This document shows, in pieces, positions 28,209 through 38,990 of a stretch of 64,000 nt of DNA. Source of the stretch: a virus; the IMG/VR virus record IMGVR_UViG_3300031952_002809, positions 1-64,000 of that record; one strand, given 5' to 3'. The translations under genes were made by a program, and so were the position numbers. Within the stretch, counting starts at the first letter, position 1. Every line of letters begins with the position of its first letter. Under the pieces are notes generated by a model. The model saw only the letters and a list, made by a program, of their open reading frames with translations. It made no database searches and was not told the origin of the DNA.

Positions 28209-29942
28209 ATGATTACATATGATGATTTTGTAGCCTTTGAAGAAAATTCATATAAATGTATCAAATTAAATCCACAATATGTAGATATAACCGGTGATGT
28301 ACTCGCTGGATTATTACTATCTCAAATAGTTTATTGGAACCTGCCCTCAAAAAAGAACGGTTCAAAACGATGTGGAGACTATTTAATAAAAAAACGAGAA
28401 GATTGGTATGATGAGATCCGGCTGACACCTCGACAAATAGATAGAGTTATGAAAATACTCATAGCAAAAGGAATTGTTGATGTAAAAGTGCAAAAGTCAG
28501 TAATATACAATGGAACACCAGTCCATCATATTCGACTTAATATCGATATCCTAGTAGAATTAATAAATAAGCACCTCCATAGTAGTATGGTAGTTTCAAC
28601 TTCACCAAACGGTGAAGTCGGTATTTCAACGTCACCAAACGGTGAAATCAGCCTTTCGACTTCACCAAACGGTGACGTGACTTCACCAAACGGTGAAGTC
28701 GACTTCACCAAACGGGGAAATCTCTTAATACAGAGATTACCTTCAGAAACTATTACAGAAATTACCCAACCAATCCAACTGGTTGGAACCGGGGGGAACC
28801 CGGTCGTCGATTCAACAAAAGCAGCTGAGGTAATAGCCATACAGGAAGAGAGGCATTCGTTCAGCAATAAAGATAAGTACCTCCCTGGCGACTGCTCTTC
28901 TGTAGCGCAAAACTCTTCTATATCGCATGATATACTTGATTCGATAGAACCCGCATGTTCTGCGTATTTTGGTTCATATTACCCAACAGCTCGATCTTTC
29001 TTTGAGAGCATGACTATAACTTCAGCTGACCATGCAACGAAGTTAGCAACATTACAAAAAACTGTTTTTGAGAAGTATCCCGTAGATATCGTTAAGGTTG
29101 TCATTGCTACAATTCGTCAGTGGGAAAGTCATGGTGACCTGGAATATTATAACCCGGTTTATTTCTTACGTGCCTTGGAGGAGGAAAACGAAATGCAATA
29201 TGTTTACACAAAATTCAAACAATTCTGTATGGAGTATTTTAGTACCAGTGAGGATGCCTTAGAAGTCTACCATTTTTATATTACTGTGTTGAAGAGCAAA
29301 GAAGATATGCGTTCTGCTCATGCAAAAGAAGGAGTTCCACTGCACGAGCGTCGCATAAATAATGTGAAAGCCCTTGTAGAAAAGCAAGGTCTCATTGAAT
29401 TTATAAATATGATACGGCATTATTCTCAGGAATATAAATTAGGAAAACTTCGATGTGCACCTTCGATAGCACGCTTCTCAAATTACTTTGAAACTTATAT
29501 AAAAAACAAATCTAATAAATCAAAACAAAAAACTGCCTCTGCTCCTATTTCTAATAGTGTACCAGAAACTACAATACGAAAAATAGCAGCTACGCCGTAC
29601 GAACGTATTGGATCAAAGTACAATTCAGAAAAATGGGAGTACTGTAATTGGTCATACCAATGCGAATGTGGCGAGATATTTGAATATTGGACAGAAGTGT
29701 GCCCCTCTTGCAGTACTTCTATCAGCCAAGCAGCTTCTAGAGATAAGTTCTTCTCTATGTTTCGTATATGCACTTGTGGCAAAATATTACATGAAACAGA
29801 TAAAACATGTCCACAGTGCAAAATGGAGTTCATTATTGAAACTGCGATAGTTAGACTTGAAAAAAAATTAAAAAATAATGAGAGGGAAAGTAAAGATGAA
29901 CATGGAGCTACTGCACGAGTATGTCAAGACGCGGAGCATTGA
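28209..29942 (+). CDS. Phage replication initiator (lambda O/replisome-organiser-like N-terminus) with C-terminal zinc ribbons
   Basis: LLLSQIVYW...WYDEIRLTPRQI wHTH-type segment; internal iterons; CECG..CPSC and CTCG..CPQC; RBS GGAGG before ATG 28209. Confidence 0.7.
   Translation: MITYDDFVAFEENSYKCIKLNPQYVDITGDVLAGLLLSQIVYWNLPSKKNGSKRCGDYLIKKREDWYDEIRLTPRQIDRVMKILIAKGIVDVKVQKSVIYNGTPVHHIRLNIDILVELINKHLHSSMVVSTSPNGEVGISTSPNGEISLSTSPNGDVTSPNGEVDFTKRGNLLIQRLPSETITEITQPIQLVGTGGNPVVDSTKAAEVIAIQEERHSFSNKDKYLPGDCSSVAQNSSISHDILDSIEPACSAYFGSYYPTARSFFESMTITSADHATKLATLQKTVFEKYPVDIVKVVIATIRQWESHGDLEYYNPVYFLRALEEENEMQYVYTKFKQFCMEYFSTSEDALEVYHFYITVLKSKEDMRSAHAKEGVPLHERRINNVKALVEKQGLIEFINMIRHYSQEYKLGKLRCAPSIARFSNYFETYIKNKSNKSKQKTASAPISNSVPETTIRKIAATPYERIGSKYNSEKWEYCNWSYQCECGEIFEYWTEVCPSCSTSISQAASRDKFFSMFRICTCGKILHETDKTCPQCKMEFIIETAIVRLEKKLKNNERESKDEHGATARVCQDAEH
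28599..28720. repeat. Five palindromic iterons (TCACCAAACGGTGA), putative replication origin
   Basis: Copies at 28601, 28631, 28661, 28682 and 28704 (the last ends GGGGA); they encode STSPNGE repeats. Confidence 0.85.
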
Positions 29943-30399
29943 AGTACGCAACAAGATTGTTGAGGAAAATATTCCGCTTGTTAAGTTTGTTGTAACGAAG
30001 GTATACCACAAAGGATTTGGGGAATACGAATACAACGATTTAGTAAATTACGGTGTATTCGGATTAATTAAAGCTGTTGAGCGCTATGATATAACAATGG
30101 GTCTTAAGTTTTCAACATATGCGTATCAAAAAATTTACTATAGTATTATTGATGAATTAAGAAAAGTTGATTGGGTGCCTCGATCAATTCGATACAAAAT
30201 TAAACTGATACAGCAGGATGCTAAAGTTCTAGAATCAACATTTGGTTATGAAGTTGATATTTCATCTTTGGCAAAAGACCATGGTTTGAGTTATCGAGAT
30301 ATGTTTGTCATGGAAGGAACGTATATGACTTCGACAGATTTACCAATTTATTATGCAATAGATAACCGGGAGGAAAAATATGATTATGTTCTTTGCTGA
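29896..30399 (+). CDS. FliA/WhiG-like sigma factor lacking region 4
   Basis: DLVNYGVFGLIKAVERYD, KFSTYA, IIDELRKVDWVPRS; ends at ~170 aa. Confidence 0.8.
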   Translation: MNMELLHEYVKTRSIEVRNKIVEENIPLVKFVVTKVYHKGFGEYEYNDLVNYGVFGLIKAVERYDITMGLKFSTYAYQKIYYSIIDELRKVDWVPRSIRYKIKLIQQDAKVLESTFGYEVDISSLAKDHGLSYRDMFVMEGTYMTSTDLPIYYAIDNREEKYDYVLC

Positions 30400-31513
30400 C
30401 GTGCATCTTGGTCATAGGCTATATCAGACACTTACTGAAGATAATATAACTGAATCTGAGCAAGATACAAGAAATGCTTTAGAAGCATTGTACGACCGTA
30501 TGTGCAAGCCTGATATTGAACTTATAATCTGTGGGGGTGACTTTTTTAATGCAGCACGGCCATCAACTGAAAGTATTCGATGGGCTATTGTGTGGTTTAA
30601 GAAAGTTGATGCTATCGGAAAACCATTTTATATTATACCAGGTAATCATGACATCTCTGCTCATTCTAATTCTTTAGTATTTTTAAAATCATTAAAGACA
30701 CAGAATATATTTCTTTTGGATAAATCCATTTCTAAAATTTCTTGGAATAACTGGAATATTTATTTTGCACCTTTCTTGAGTCCAGAATCTTCTAAAAATA
30801 AGTATAAAACAACTCTTGAAGCAATGTCTGTAACAATGCATTCACTTAATCCCAATGAAAATAATATTGTGATTACACACATACAAGAGTCGGAAGCTAA
30901 ACTTGGTGCAGAAAGAATGTTGTTAACTCAGTCTGGAGACATAATGGATCTTAATTTTCCAATAGCGCATACGAATACATTAATTCTTACGGGACATATG
31001 CATATGCCACAAGCATATCAAAAAGAAAACGGTATTCGTGTTATATATCCAGGATCAACATGCTTTATGGAATATCCTGATTGTGGTCAAAAGAAGGGAT
31101 TTATAACATTAGATGAACAAGGTACGATTGATTTTGAACCAATACCTGGTATACGCATTTTTAAAAAGTACACATTACCTGTTGGAAAAGATCCGCAAGA
31201 ATTCTTTTCATCAATTCGTATGTCACCTAATGAAGTTGTTTTTTTGGAATTACAAGATGATACTATTGCTGACGAGAGCTTCCTCAGAGAATATTTAAAA
31301 ACACGAAATTGTTTTTTGGCTAAGATACTTTCAAAAGTTGAAGAAACAGCTGCAGTTACTGTAGATACTACTTCTAAACACCCGATACTTATATTGCAAG
31401 ACTATCTCGCTAACAAGTTTTCTGTAGAAAATCCTGATTTCGATTGGAAAAATACAATATTACCATTAGGAAAGGAGATACTAGCCAATGAAACTGAACT
31501 CAGCGGAGATTAA
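30380..31513 (+). CDS. sbcD: SbcD/Mre11-like nuclease
   Basis: ADVHLG, GGDFF, PGNHD, TGHMH, YPGS motifs. Confidence 0.9.
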   Translation: MIMFFADVHLGHRLYQTLTEDNITESEQDTRNALEALYDRMCKPDIELIICGGDFFNAARPSTESIRWAIVWFKKVDAIGKPFYIIPGNHDISAHSNSLVFLKSLKTQNIFLLDKSISKISWNNWNIYFAPFLSPESSKNKYKTTLEAMSVTMHSLNPNENNIVITHIQESEAKLGAERMLLTQSGDIMDLNFPIAHTNTLILTGHMHMPQAYQKENGIRVIYPGSTCFMEYPDCGQKKGFITLDEQGTIDFEPIPGIRIFKKYTLPVGKDPQEFFSSIRMSPNEVVFLELQDDTIADESFLREYLKTRNCFLAKILSKVEETAAVTVDTTSKHPILILQDYLANKFSVENPDFDWKNTILPLGKEILANETELSGD

Positions 31514-33581
31514 AGGATTCGCATCCTTTAAAGATCATATTAAAATAAATATTCCTTTAGGTATAACCGGCATTTCTGGAAGTATCGAAGCTATTGAAGG
31601 GAGAAGTAATGGGAGTGGAAAATCTAGTCTTCTTATGAGTTTGCCTTTTGCATTATTTGGTACAGGAACATTTGATCGAATGGAAGAAGTATGGAACGAT
31701 AAACTCACTCCTTCTGATGATGCTTTTGTTCGCTGGAACTTCGATCTTATGGGAAATAATTATATTGTTGAACGTGGTAGAAAAAAGAAAGCATCGTATC
31801 TTGATGTTTCAGAAAATGGTAAACGAGTAAAAGAAGGTAATACTGAGTCTCAAGAATTCATTTGCGAACTTCTTGGTATGGAAAGCAAAATGTTTTTATC
31901 ATCTGCTTTTACTGCACAAAAAGATTTGGCTGCGTTTATTGAAACAGATCCTAGTGTTCGTAAATCGTATATGGATGTTGTTACTGATCTTGGGCTATGG
32001 AGATCCGCAAGCAAGAGATCGAGTACCATAGCCAAAGAAACTAAAAGTTCTTTTGAAACAATTCTTGGAGAAACAAAAGAGCTTGATAAGCTTATTACTG
32101 AACGCGATGCAGTGATTCGTTCGTTAGAATGCGAATTGCAAAATATAAATACAGTCAAACACAAAAGAGATGAGAAAGCTACCAAAGTAGCTGCTTTGCA
32201 GAATGTTAAAAATATACGAGTTACTCTGGTTGAGTATGAATCCTTAAAAACTAAAGGAATTCAGGAAGTAGCTAATCTCACTTCTAAAAAAACTGAAACA
32301 GAGAATTCTTTAAAAAAAATAGCATCAGATTTTACTAAAATAAAAGAAGAATTCGCTTCATTCGAAAACTTCGATAGTTCTTCTGTTCAGTCTTCCCTCG
32401 ATGTGCTCGCTCGTACACTTGATACGGTATCCATGCAAATGTCTTATGCGAATAAACAAATACAAGTTACTGTTGAAGAAATAGCATATAATAATGCTGA
32501 ACTTAGCTTACTAGAGAAAAATAAAACAAATCTATCTGAAGGAATTTGTAATCAGTGTAAACAACCTGTGACGAAGGAACATATTGAAAAACTTTTAGCT
32601 GATACTTCAGAGAAAAGTGTTCAATTACTTCAGATTAAGGAAACTCTTGAAAAAACAAGAAATACTATTCAAAAAGAAATAGATTTCTATTCAGCTGAAG
32701 TTATGCAGACTCAAGAAGAGATTAAGTCTAATAAAGATAAACTAGATAAATATGTAGAATTGCACACTAAAATGGAAATTGCAGAAGAAACATATAAAAA
32801 GCTCAATGATGACCTGATTCTTGCTCTAAAAAATATTAATACTCAGATTTTAAATGCACAAGTGGGCATTGAAGAGTACGATACTAAAATAAATGATCTT
32901 AAGAAGCAAATACCTGAAAATGTACATATTGATATTAATGTGTTAAGTCAAGAACTGGATGCTTTGAATAGAACTGTAGAGGATTTGATACGAAAACAGG
33001 GAAAATTGCAAGAACTTGAGGAAAGTACGGAAATTCAAAAAAATGTTCTGAAGGATAAGAAAAATAAACTTAAAAAACTGCAGGAAAATCTATATTATTT
33101 GGAAGTACTGGGTGAGGCATTCAGAGATATTCCCGCCGAGCTTTTTAAGGAATCTGTAATTGATGTAGAGAACTATGCCAATGAGATAATTAGAGCAATA
33201 TATCATAAATTCAAAATAAAGATTTATGAAGATGAGACTAAGAAAAATCGTCCGCTCATGATTGCGTTTGAAGTCGATGGAAAATACAGAAATTACAAAC
33301 TTCTTAGCGGCGGCCAGCAAAGCATTTGCGCTATTGGACTGAGGATGGGATTTAACAGAATTTTATCCCAACGTTCGAAAGTTTCTCTTAATTTTTTGAT
33401 CCTGGACGAGATTTTTGGTTCCTTGGACAAATTCAACAGGGAAGAGGTTTTGCGCATGCTTAACGGCCTTACTAAATTCTTCCCTCAGATTTTGGTTATA
33501 ACCCATACAGAGGAAGACCATATATTTCCTAAGCTGATAAAGGTCAGAATGGATAGTATGGGAAACAGTTCGATAACATGA
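31488..33581 (+). CDS. sbcC: SbcC/Rad50-like ATPase
   Basis: NGSGKSS Walker A, coiled coil with CNQC hook, LSGGQ signature, LILDEIFGSLD. Confidence 0.92.
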   Translation: MKLNSAEIKGFASFKDHIKINIPLGITGISGSIEAIEGRSNGSGKSSLLMSLPFALFGTGTFDRMEEVWNDKLTPSDDAFVRWNFDLMGNNYIVERGRKKKASYLDVSENGKRVKEGNTESQEFICELLGMESKMFLSSAFTAQKDLAAFIETDPSVRKSYMDVVTDLGLWRSASKRSSTIAKETKSSFETILGETKELDKLITERDAVIRSLECELQNINTVKHKRDEKATKVAALQNVKNIRVTLVEYESLKTKGIQEVANLTSKKTETENSLKKIASDFTKIKEEFASFENFDSSSVQSSLDVLARTLDTVSMQMSYANKQIQVTVEEIAYNNAELSLLEKNKTNLSEGICNQCKQPVTKEHIEKLLADTSEKSVQLLQIKETLEKTRNTIQKEIDFYSAEVMQTQEEIKSNKDKLDKYVELHTKMEIAEETYKKLNDDLILALKNINTQILNAQVGIEEYDTKINDLKKQIPENVHIDINVLSQELDALNRTVEDLIRKQGKLQELEESTEIQKNVLKDKKNKLKKLQENLYYLEVLGEAFRDIPAELFKESVIDVENYANEIIRAIYHKFKIKIYEDETKKNRPLMIAFEVDGKYRNYKLLSGGQQSICAIGLRMGFNRILSQRSKVSLNFLILDEIFGSLDKFNREEVLRMLNGLTKFFPQILVITHTEEDHIFPKLIKVRMDSMGNSSIT

Positions 33582-33611
33582 GATAATATAAAATGAACTA
33601 GGAGATGCACA

Positions 33612-35060
33612 ATGCTATTAGAAAAAGTATATGATGATTTTATCAGACACACAGGATTAGTTGATTCTGTTTATAAGACTGTGTTCATTAACATTTCTAA
33701 TATTCTTACAAAGATACAATCGATATCTTGGGATTACTTAAAGTATTCTACAGATACGGATGAAACATTGTATAAATTTGATGAGGTGACTAAAGTTCCT
33801 AGGTATGTGGTCGAACTTCTTCAAAATGTTTTTAAAAACTATTATACACTTCCATCAAATGCAATAATAGAAATCGGTGTTTCTATTGGGACAGATTCGT
33901 ATAAAATATTAAATTCTGAATCTGGTACAAAGATACCAACTGAGCTGGAATTTATCGATAAGTATGAATTATACAATATGTTCATTTTGGATAAACCAGT
34001 ATACGATTTATTTGGAGCATTTGATGATGAATTTAGATTTACTCGAGCGTTTCAAACAAGCATTAAAGATATTTTTCATCCTTTAAAAAAGAAATTTGAA
34101 CAATCCGATACAACTTCTTATATTATTGAGAACAATGTATCACAAAACACAGTAGCAACTGCGCAATTGCATGTTACTACACTACAAAGTAAAATACAGG
34201 AAATTCTTGTTGAGTTAGAAGCTCAAAGAAATAAAACAAGTATTCTTATGGATTCCCGAAATAAAATATTTTCTGGTGTTAATTCTCGTGAATCTTTAAT
34301 TATGGATAAAGAGAAGTATACTATCGAATATACTACTCTTAAAATTACTAAAGACGGTCATGATGAGAAACGTGATAAATTAAAAGCTATACTTACCGAT
34401 ATAAATGCTGAATTAAGCGATCTTGCAGCTAAAAAAGCTTCAGAAGAGCTTGTAGAGTTTCTTGTGCGAAAGAAAGCAACCTTCGAAAAAGAACTTACTT
34501 CAGTTGAATCATTAATATATGACTTTACTTCTTTTCTAGAGGATCTCGCAAATAAAATTAGAGATATTACTACCCATTTGTCTCAGATAGACACATACAC
34601 AACAAATGATATAACAGCTCTTGATGCACAAATACAAGCTTCAAATGAACGTCAGGATGATTTATACGGTGTTCTTGTTGGGCTTGAGACAGAATTGAAA
34701 CATCAGAATAAAATATCAGAAGAGATTGCTTTGAAAAATGAAAAGGCAAGTTCTTATGGTGATATCACAATCCAAAATATAGAAAACAGTGCAATTGTCA
34801 GCCATTTGGCAACATCACTAAATCCTTCATCTGTTATTACTGTTCTTAATTATCTTCGGTATTACTTTGCATACTATTCAACACAAATTGCGAATGATCT
34901 TATTACAGCTAATTCTGAGTTAGATTCTACTATTGCGCATGCTGTCGCTGCTAAATTATTTCTCGTTCGCTGCTTCGGTTTATATTTTAATCAAATGTTC
35001 TCTGCTGTAGATTTTGCTGATAATAGAATAGTTAAAGTAATATCGATAGTTAAGGATTAA
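33612..35060 (+). CDS. Hypothetical coiled-coil protein, 482 aa
   Basis: RBS AGGAG; heptad-rich middle section. Confidence 0.7.
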   Translation: MLLEKVYDDFIRHTGLVDSVYKTVFINISNILTKIQSISWDYLKYSTDTDETLYKFDEVTKVPRYVVELLQNVFKNYYTLPSNAIIEIGVSIGTDSYKILNSESGTKIPTELEFIDKYELYNMFILDKPVYDLFGAFDDEFRFTRAFQTSIKDIFHPLKKKFEQSDTTSYIIENNVSQNTVATAQLHVTTLQSKIQEILVELEAQRNKTSILMDSRNKIFSGVNSRESLIMDKEKYTIEYTTLKITKDGHDEKRDKLKAILTDINAELSDLAAKKASEELVEFLVRKKATFEKELTSVESLIYDFTSFLEDLANKIRDITTHLSQIDTYTTNDITALDAQIQASNERQDDLYGVLVGLETELKHQNKISEEIALKNEKASSYGDITIQNIENSAIVSHLATSLNPSSVITVLNYLRYYFAYYSTQIANDLITANSELDSTIAHAVAAKLFLVRCFGLYFNQMFSAVDFADNRIVKVISIVKD

Positions 35061-35063
35061 AAG

Positions 35064-35468
35064 ATGTTACCATTGCTTGAAAGACTATTTGTTTCTCAAG
35101 GAAAGAAGGCAGCTAAAACATTTGATGATACTAGAAAAATGACTGTTATACAAAATGCAATTTCGAAACATAGAAAGGAGTTAGATGAAGTTGAATATGG
35201 AATGCTTCTTGAAAAGAAGAATGAAGTATTTATATCTCTAAAAGATTTTCTTGATTTAATTGAATTAGAAGATCTATCGATGGATATCATCTTAAAGAAA
35301 TGCAAGCATATATCCGAGATAGACACAAAGTCATCCGTTGTTGAAATGTATTCTATTGTGGAAAATAATCATGTTGTTCTTTGTCCAGATGCTAAAAAGT
35401 GCGAAATACATAAATCAAGTCCAATGACTAAAATACGAATTGCTACTATTCGAGGGGTGCGCGAATGA
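35064..35468 (+). CDS. Hypothetical protein
   Basis: RBS AAGGA; stop overlaps the next start. Confidence 0.65.
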   Translation: MLPLLERLFVSQGKKAAKTFDDTRKMTVIQNAISKHRKELDEVEYGMLLEKKNEVFISLKDFLDLIELEDLSMDIILKKCKHISEIDTKSSVVEMYSIVENNHVVLCPDAKKCEIHKSSPMTKIRIATIRGVRE

Positions 35469-36247
35469 GTAATGATACCAGTCTTGCTGTAGTCAATAAT
35501 GCAGTTATTGTTTCTGAAGCCTTGGAAACATCATTTGGAAAGTATGTAAAGAAGAGCAGAATATGCAATATATGCATTAGAAATGACGCTATGGAGATAA
35601 ACCAGCTTCGAGCTCGAGATCACATGTCATACCACGACATATCAGCTCAGAAGCAAGTAACCATTGACGCGCTTACCGTTCATTTCAAAAATCATTTCAT
35701 TATATCTAAGAACAATCAACAACTCATCGATCTCCGAGAAAACTCAAGTCAAGAATCTAATGAAATCGTTCAGAGAATATTAGAAGGAGAGATTGATTTC
35801 TTTGGTGGGGCTCAAAGCGTCTTATTATCAAAGATACAACGGTTAAGTCCCATACAGAATCGTCTCAATCATCTTTCAGACCAGCAAGAAATCGATAACT
35901 TAGATGATATCGAAAAGCAAGAGTACATACTGCTTAACAAACTTGCTGAAGGTATTGAAAATTCTATAATGACCGTCCATCAAATTATGGATAAGAAGTT
36001 ATTTCCTTCAAACAAAGAGGAATTAGTAAAAGCAACGTTATCATACAAACTCAGTGTTCTTTCTAAATTTGTCGATGACATTGTCACCGTTCTTATTGAA
36101 TTTGAAAAGAACCCTGAGTATCAGGAATTGGTACATCAGATACGACAGGCTTTGTCACAGCGTGTATCTGCCATCGAAACAATAATACTAAAATCAGGTG
36201 GTGAACTTCGAGCAATAGATATAGTAGAAGGAGGTACGAGTGAGTAG
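35465..36247 (+). CDS. Hypothetical protein with a CxxC...HxxxH/HTH N-terminus (possible terminase small subunit or DNA-binding protein)
   Basis: RICNIC...SYHDIS...LTVHFKNH followed by a helical region; function is a guess. Confidence 0.45.
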   Translation: MSNDTSLAVVNNAVIVSEALETSFGKYVKKSRICNICIRNDAMEINQLRARDHMSYHDISAQKQVTIDALTVHFKNHFIISKNNQQLIDLRENSSQESNEIVQRILEGEIDFFGGAQSVLLSKIQRLSPIQNRLNHLSDQQEIDNLDDIEKQEYILLNKLAEGIENSIMTVHQIMDKKLFPSNKEELVKATLSYKLSVLSKFVDDIVTVLIEFEKNPEYQELVHQIRQALSQRVSAIETIILKSGGELRAIDIVEGGTSE

Positions 36248-36283
36248 AAATTTTTAAAATATACTTTTTTAGGAGAAATAATA

Positions 36284-38767
36284 ATGGCGATACAAGAGGG
36301 AAATCCGTTTGTGCAGCGCTTACCCCAGCAAGTTTGGATGGAGAATTATAAATGGGAGACCGATGAAACTGTATGGGATACATTTAGGCGGGTTGCAAAA
36401 TATGTTGCGTCAGTGGAGAAAGATAAAAAATATTGGGAAGAAAGATATTACAAATTGTTATCAGAGTTTAAATATATTCCTGGTGGAAGAATATTATCCA
36501 ATGCTGGAACAAATTTAAAAGGAACGTCACTTTTGAATTGTTACGTATCGGGATTCCGTGGTAAGAATCAAGATAGTATTTCAAGTATCTACGAGGAATT
36601 GGCGCGGCAGGCAAAGATTTTAGCATCTGAGGGAGGGTACGGCTGTAATTTTGACGTGTTGCGCCCACGGGGCTCCTTTGTTACGGGTATTGGTGTAGAA
36701 ACATCAGGAACAATTCAATTTATGGAATTATGGGACACATCTTCTACAGCACTAACTAAAGGAAGTGGCGGTTTTAAAAAAGATAACAAGGGTAAGAATA
36801 AAATAAGAAAGGGTGCTATGATGGCGTGCATGTCCTGCTGGAATCCGGGAATAGAAGAATTCATTACAGCGAAAAGAAATCCGGGGGCATTAACTAAATT
36901 TAATCTAAGCGTTCTTATAACAAAAGAATTTATTTCTTGTGTAAAGAAAAACTTACCGTGGAGTTTGGAGTTTCCTGATACCACTTTTGAGAAATACGAT
37001 GATGAGTGGGATGGTAATTTACGAAAGTGGAAGGAAAAGGAATATCCTGTTCGCACATGGAAAACTTTTGAGAGTGCTTGTGAACTTTGGGACTTGATCA
37101 TAACCTCGACCTATACAAGGAGTGAGCCGGGTGTTATTTTTATTGATAGGATTAATGAACTAAATAATTTATATTACTGTGAAGATATAACAGCTGTTAA
37201 TCCTTGCGCTGAAGAGCCATTGCCTATTGACGGATCTTGTAATCTCGGTTCAATTAACATAATTCAATATATAAATGAAAAGGGGGATGGAGTAGACTTT
37301 TCTAAGCTAAAAGAAGACATACCTGCCATTGTTAGATTTCAGGATGCAATTATTGATTTAACAAATTATCCTTTGGCGGGACAAAAAGAAGAAGGAATTA
37401 AAAAGAGACGGGTTGGGATAGGTTATACTGGATATGGATCTATGCTGTATTTGTTAAAAATTCCATATGCCTCAGAGGAAGCATTGAAATTTACAGAAAA
37501 AATGGTTAAGTTTATTACTAATCAAATATATCAAGCTTCTTCTGATCTAGCGCAGGAGAAGGGGTGTTTTCCTTCTTTCGATTCTGAGAAATACTTAAAA
37601 TCTAAATTTATAAAGCAAGCGCTTACTGAAGCTACTGTTGAGAAAATAAGACAGCATGGTATTAGAAATAGTCATTTGACAACTATAGCTCCCACAGGGA
37701 ACACTTCGATATTTGCTAATAATTGTTCAGGCGGTCTAGAGCCTGTCGTATCGGCAAAATATACTCGCACAATCATAGAATCTAACCCTCCAGAAGATTT
37801 AATACAACCTATTAATATTGATTGGGATTTACACACATATGAGGTAGAAAATGGTTGGGAATGGATTATGGAGGGGGATGAGTGGATACTTAGTAAAACA
37901 TTCAATGGCATAGTATATAAGATAGATAGAAACAGAGGACTCACCAGAGAAGAAGAAGTTTCTGATTATGCTGTATTACAGATGGGGAAAGATTTCGATG
38001 ATAAAGCTGAATATGCTAAAAATATATTTAATTTGAAAGTAGAAGAACATATAGAAACTATGAAAGTATTTGCTAGATATATTGATGCATCTATCTCAAA
38101 AACGATAAATGTTCCTAACAACTATGCGTATGAAGATTTCAAAAATGTTTATATGCAAGCATATGATTCTGGATATATCAAAGGCATTACCACATACAGA
38201 GAAGGAACGATGGCGAATGTTTTGTCTGTGAAAGGATCAGAGGCTAAGTACGATTGTGCGGAAAAAGAAACCCCCGAACGACCTAAGTCAGTACCTTGTC
38301 ACATTCATAGGATTACTGTCAAAGGGGAAAAATGGTTGGTGTTTGTAGGATTAGACGAAGGTCGTCCTTTTGAGGTTTTTGCTGGTAAGGTAGATTTGGT
38401 AGATGTACCTTCATCCATTACAGAGGGGAGCATTATAAGACTAAAAAGTGGAGTCTACCAATTAGAGTATGATGGTGAAATTATTATAAAAGATATTGGA
38501 AAGATATTTGATTCGAGTGCTGAGGAAGCTATTACAAGGTTAATTTCTCTACATTTAAAACGTAGAACGCCTATTTATGATCTTATTGATCAACTCAGTA
38601 AATCCTATGGAACGATTATTGATTTTAATAAATCTATAACGAGAGCACTTAAAAAGTATATTAAGGATCGAGAAACTACAGACAAGTGTCCGACTTGTGG
38701 GGCTAATCTTGTATATCAGGAAGGGTGTTTATCTTGCAGAAGTTGTGGAATGGCAAAGTGTGGATAA
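36284..38767 (+). CDS. nrdJ: Class II (adenosylcobalamin-dependent) ribonucleotide reductase
   Basis: PGGRIL, NCYV, NPCAEEPL..CNLGS, TIAPTG, KGITTYR, C-terminal zinc ribbon; no small subunit gene nearby. Confidence 0.92.
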   Translation: MAIQEGNPFVQRLPQQVWMENYKWETDETVWDTFRRVAKYVASVEKDKKYWEERYYKLLSEFKYIPGGRILSNAGTNLKGTSLLNCYVSGFRGKNQDSISSIYEELARQAKILASEGGYGCNFDVLRPRGSFVTGIGVETSGTIQFMELWDTSSTALTKGSGGFKKDNKGKNKIRKGAMMACMSCWNPGIEEFITAKRNPGALTKFNLSVLITKEFISCVKKNLPWSLEFPDTTFEKYDDEWDGNLRKWKEKEYPVRTWKTFESACELWDLIITSTYTRSEPGVIFIDRINELNNLYYCEDITAVNPCAEEPLPIDGSCNLGSINIIQYINEKGDGVDFSKLKEDIPAIVRFQDAIIDLTNYPLAGQKEEGIKKRRVGIGYTGYGSMLYLLKIPYASEEALKFTEKMVKFITNQIYQASSDLAQEKGCFPSFDSEKYLKSKFIKQALTEATVEKIRQHGIRNSHLTTIAPTGNTSIFANNCSGGLEPVVSAKYTRTIIESNPPEDLIQPINIDWDLHTYEVENGWEWIMEGDEWILSKTFNGIVYKIDRNRGLTREEEVSDYAVLQMGKDFDDKAEYAKNIFNLKVEEHIETMKVFARYIDASISKTINVPNNYAYEDFKNVYMQAYDSGYIKGITTYREGTMANVLSVKGSEAKYDCAEKETPERPKSVPCHIHRITVKGEKWLVFVGLDEGRPFEVFAGKVDLVDVPSSITEGSIIRLKSGVYQLEYDGEIIIKDIGKIFDSSAEEAITRLISLHLKRRTPIYDLIDQLSKSYGTIIDFNKSITRALKKYIKDRETTDKCPTCGANLVYQEGCLSCRSCGMAKCG

Positions 38768-38792
38768 AAAAATTTAATGAGAGGTATTTTTT

Positions 38793-38978
38793 ATGGAATG
38801 TGTAGTAATAACAGGAACAAGCGCAGCAGATCTTCAAACGAATATTAATGCATGGCTCGCTGCACCGGAATTTGAGATGACAGTTAAGTTTGTGTCTTTG
38901 TCTGAGGGAACTGTGGGAGCAGCTGTATTAAAGGCAATAATTTTCTATGAAAAAGCAACACATTCGGTTCGTAGCTAA
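38793..38978 (+). CDS. Small protein, possibly Cse60/DUF2758-like
   Basis: DLQTNINAWL...VKFV...AIIFYE pattern; RBS GAGG. Confidence 0.45.
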   Translation: MECVVITGTSAADLQTNINAWLAAPEFEMTVKFVSLSEGTVGAAVLKAIIFYEKATHSVRS

Positions 38979-38990
38979 GGGGTAGTTACC

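Noticed and set aside
28599-28720. CRISPR array
   Set aside because: Intervening sequences are only about 5-14 nt, the repeats lie inside a coding region and no cas genes are present; iterons fit better
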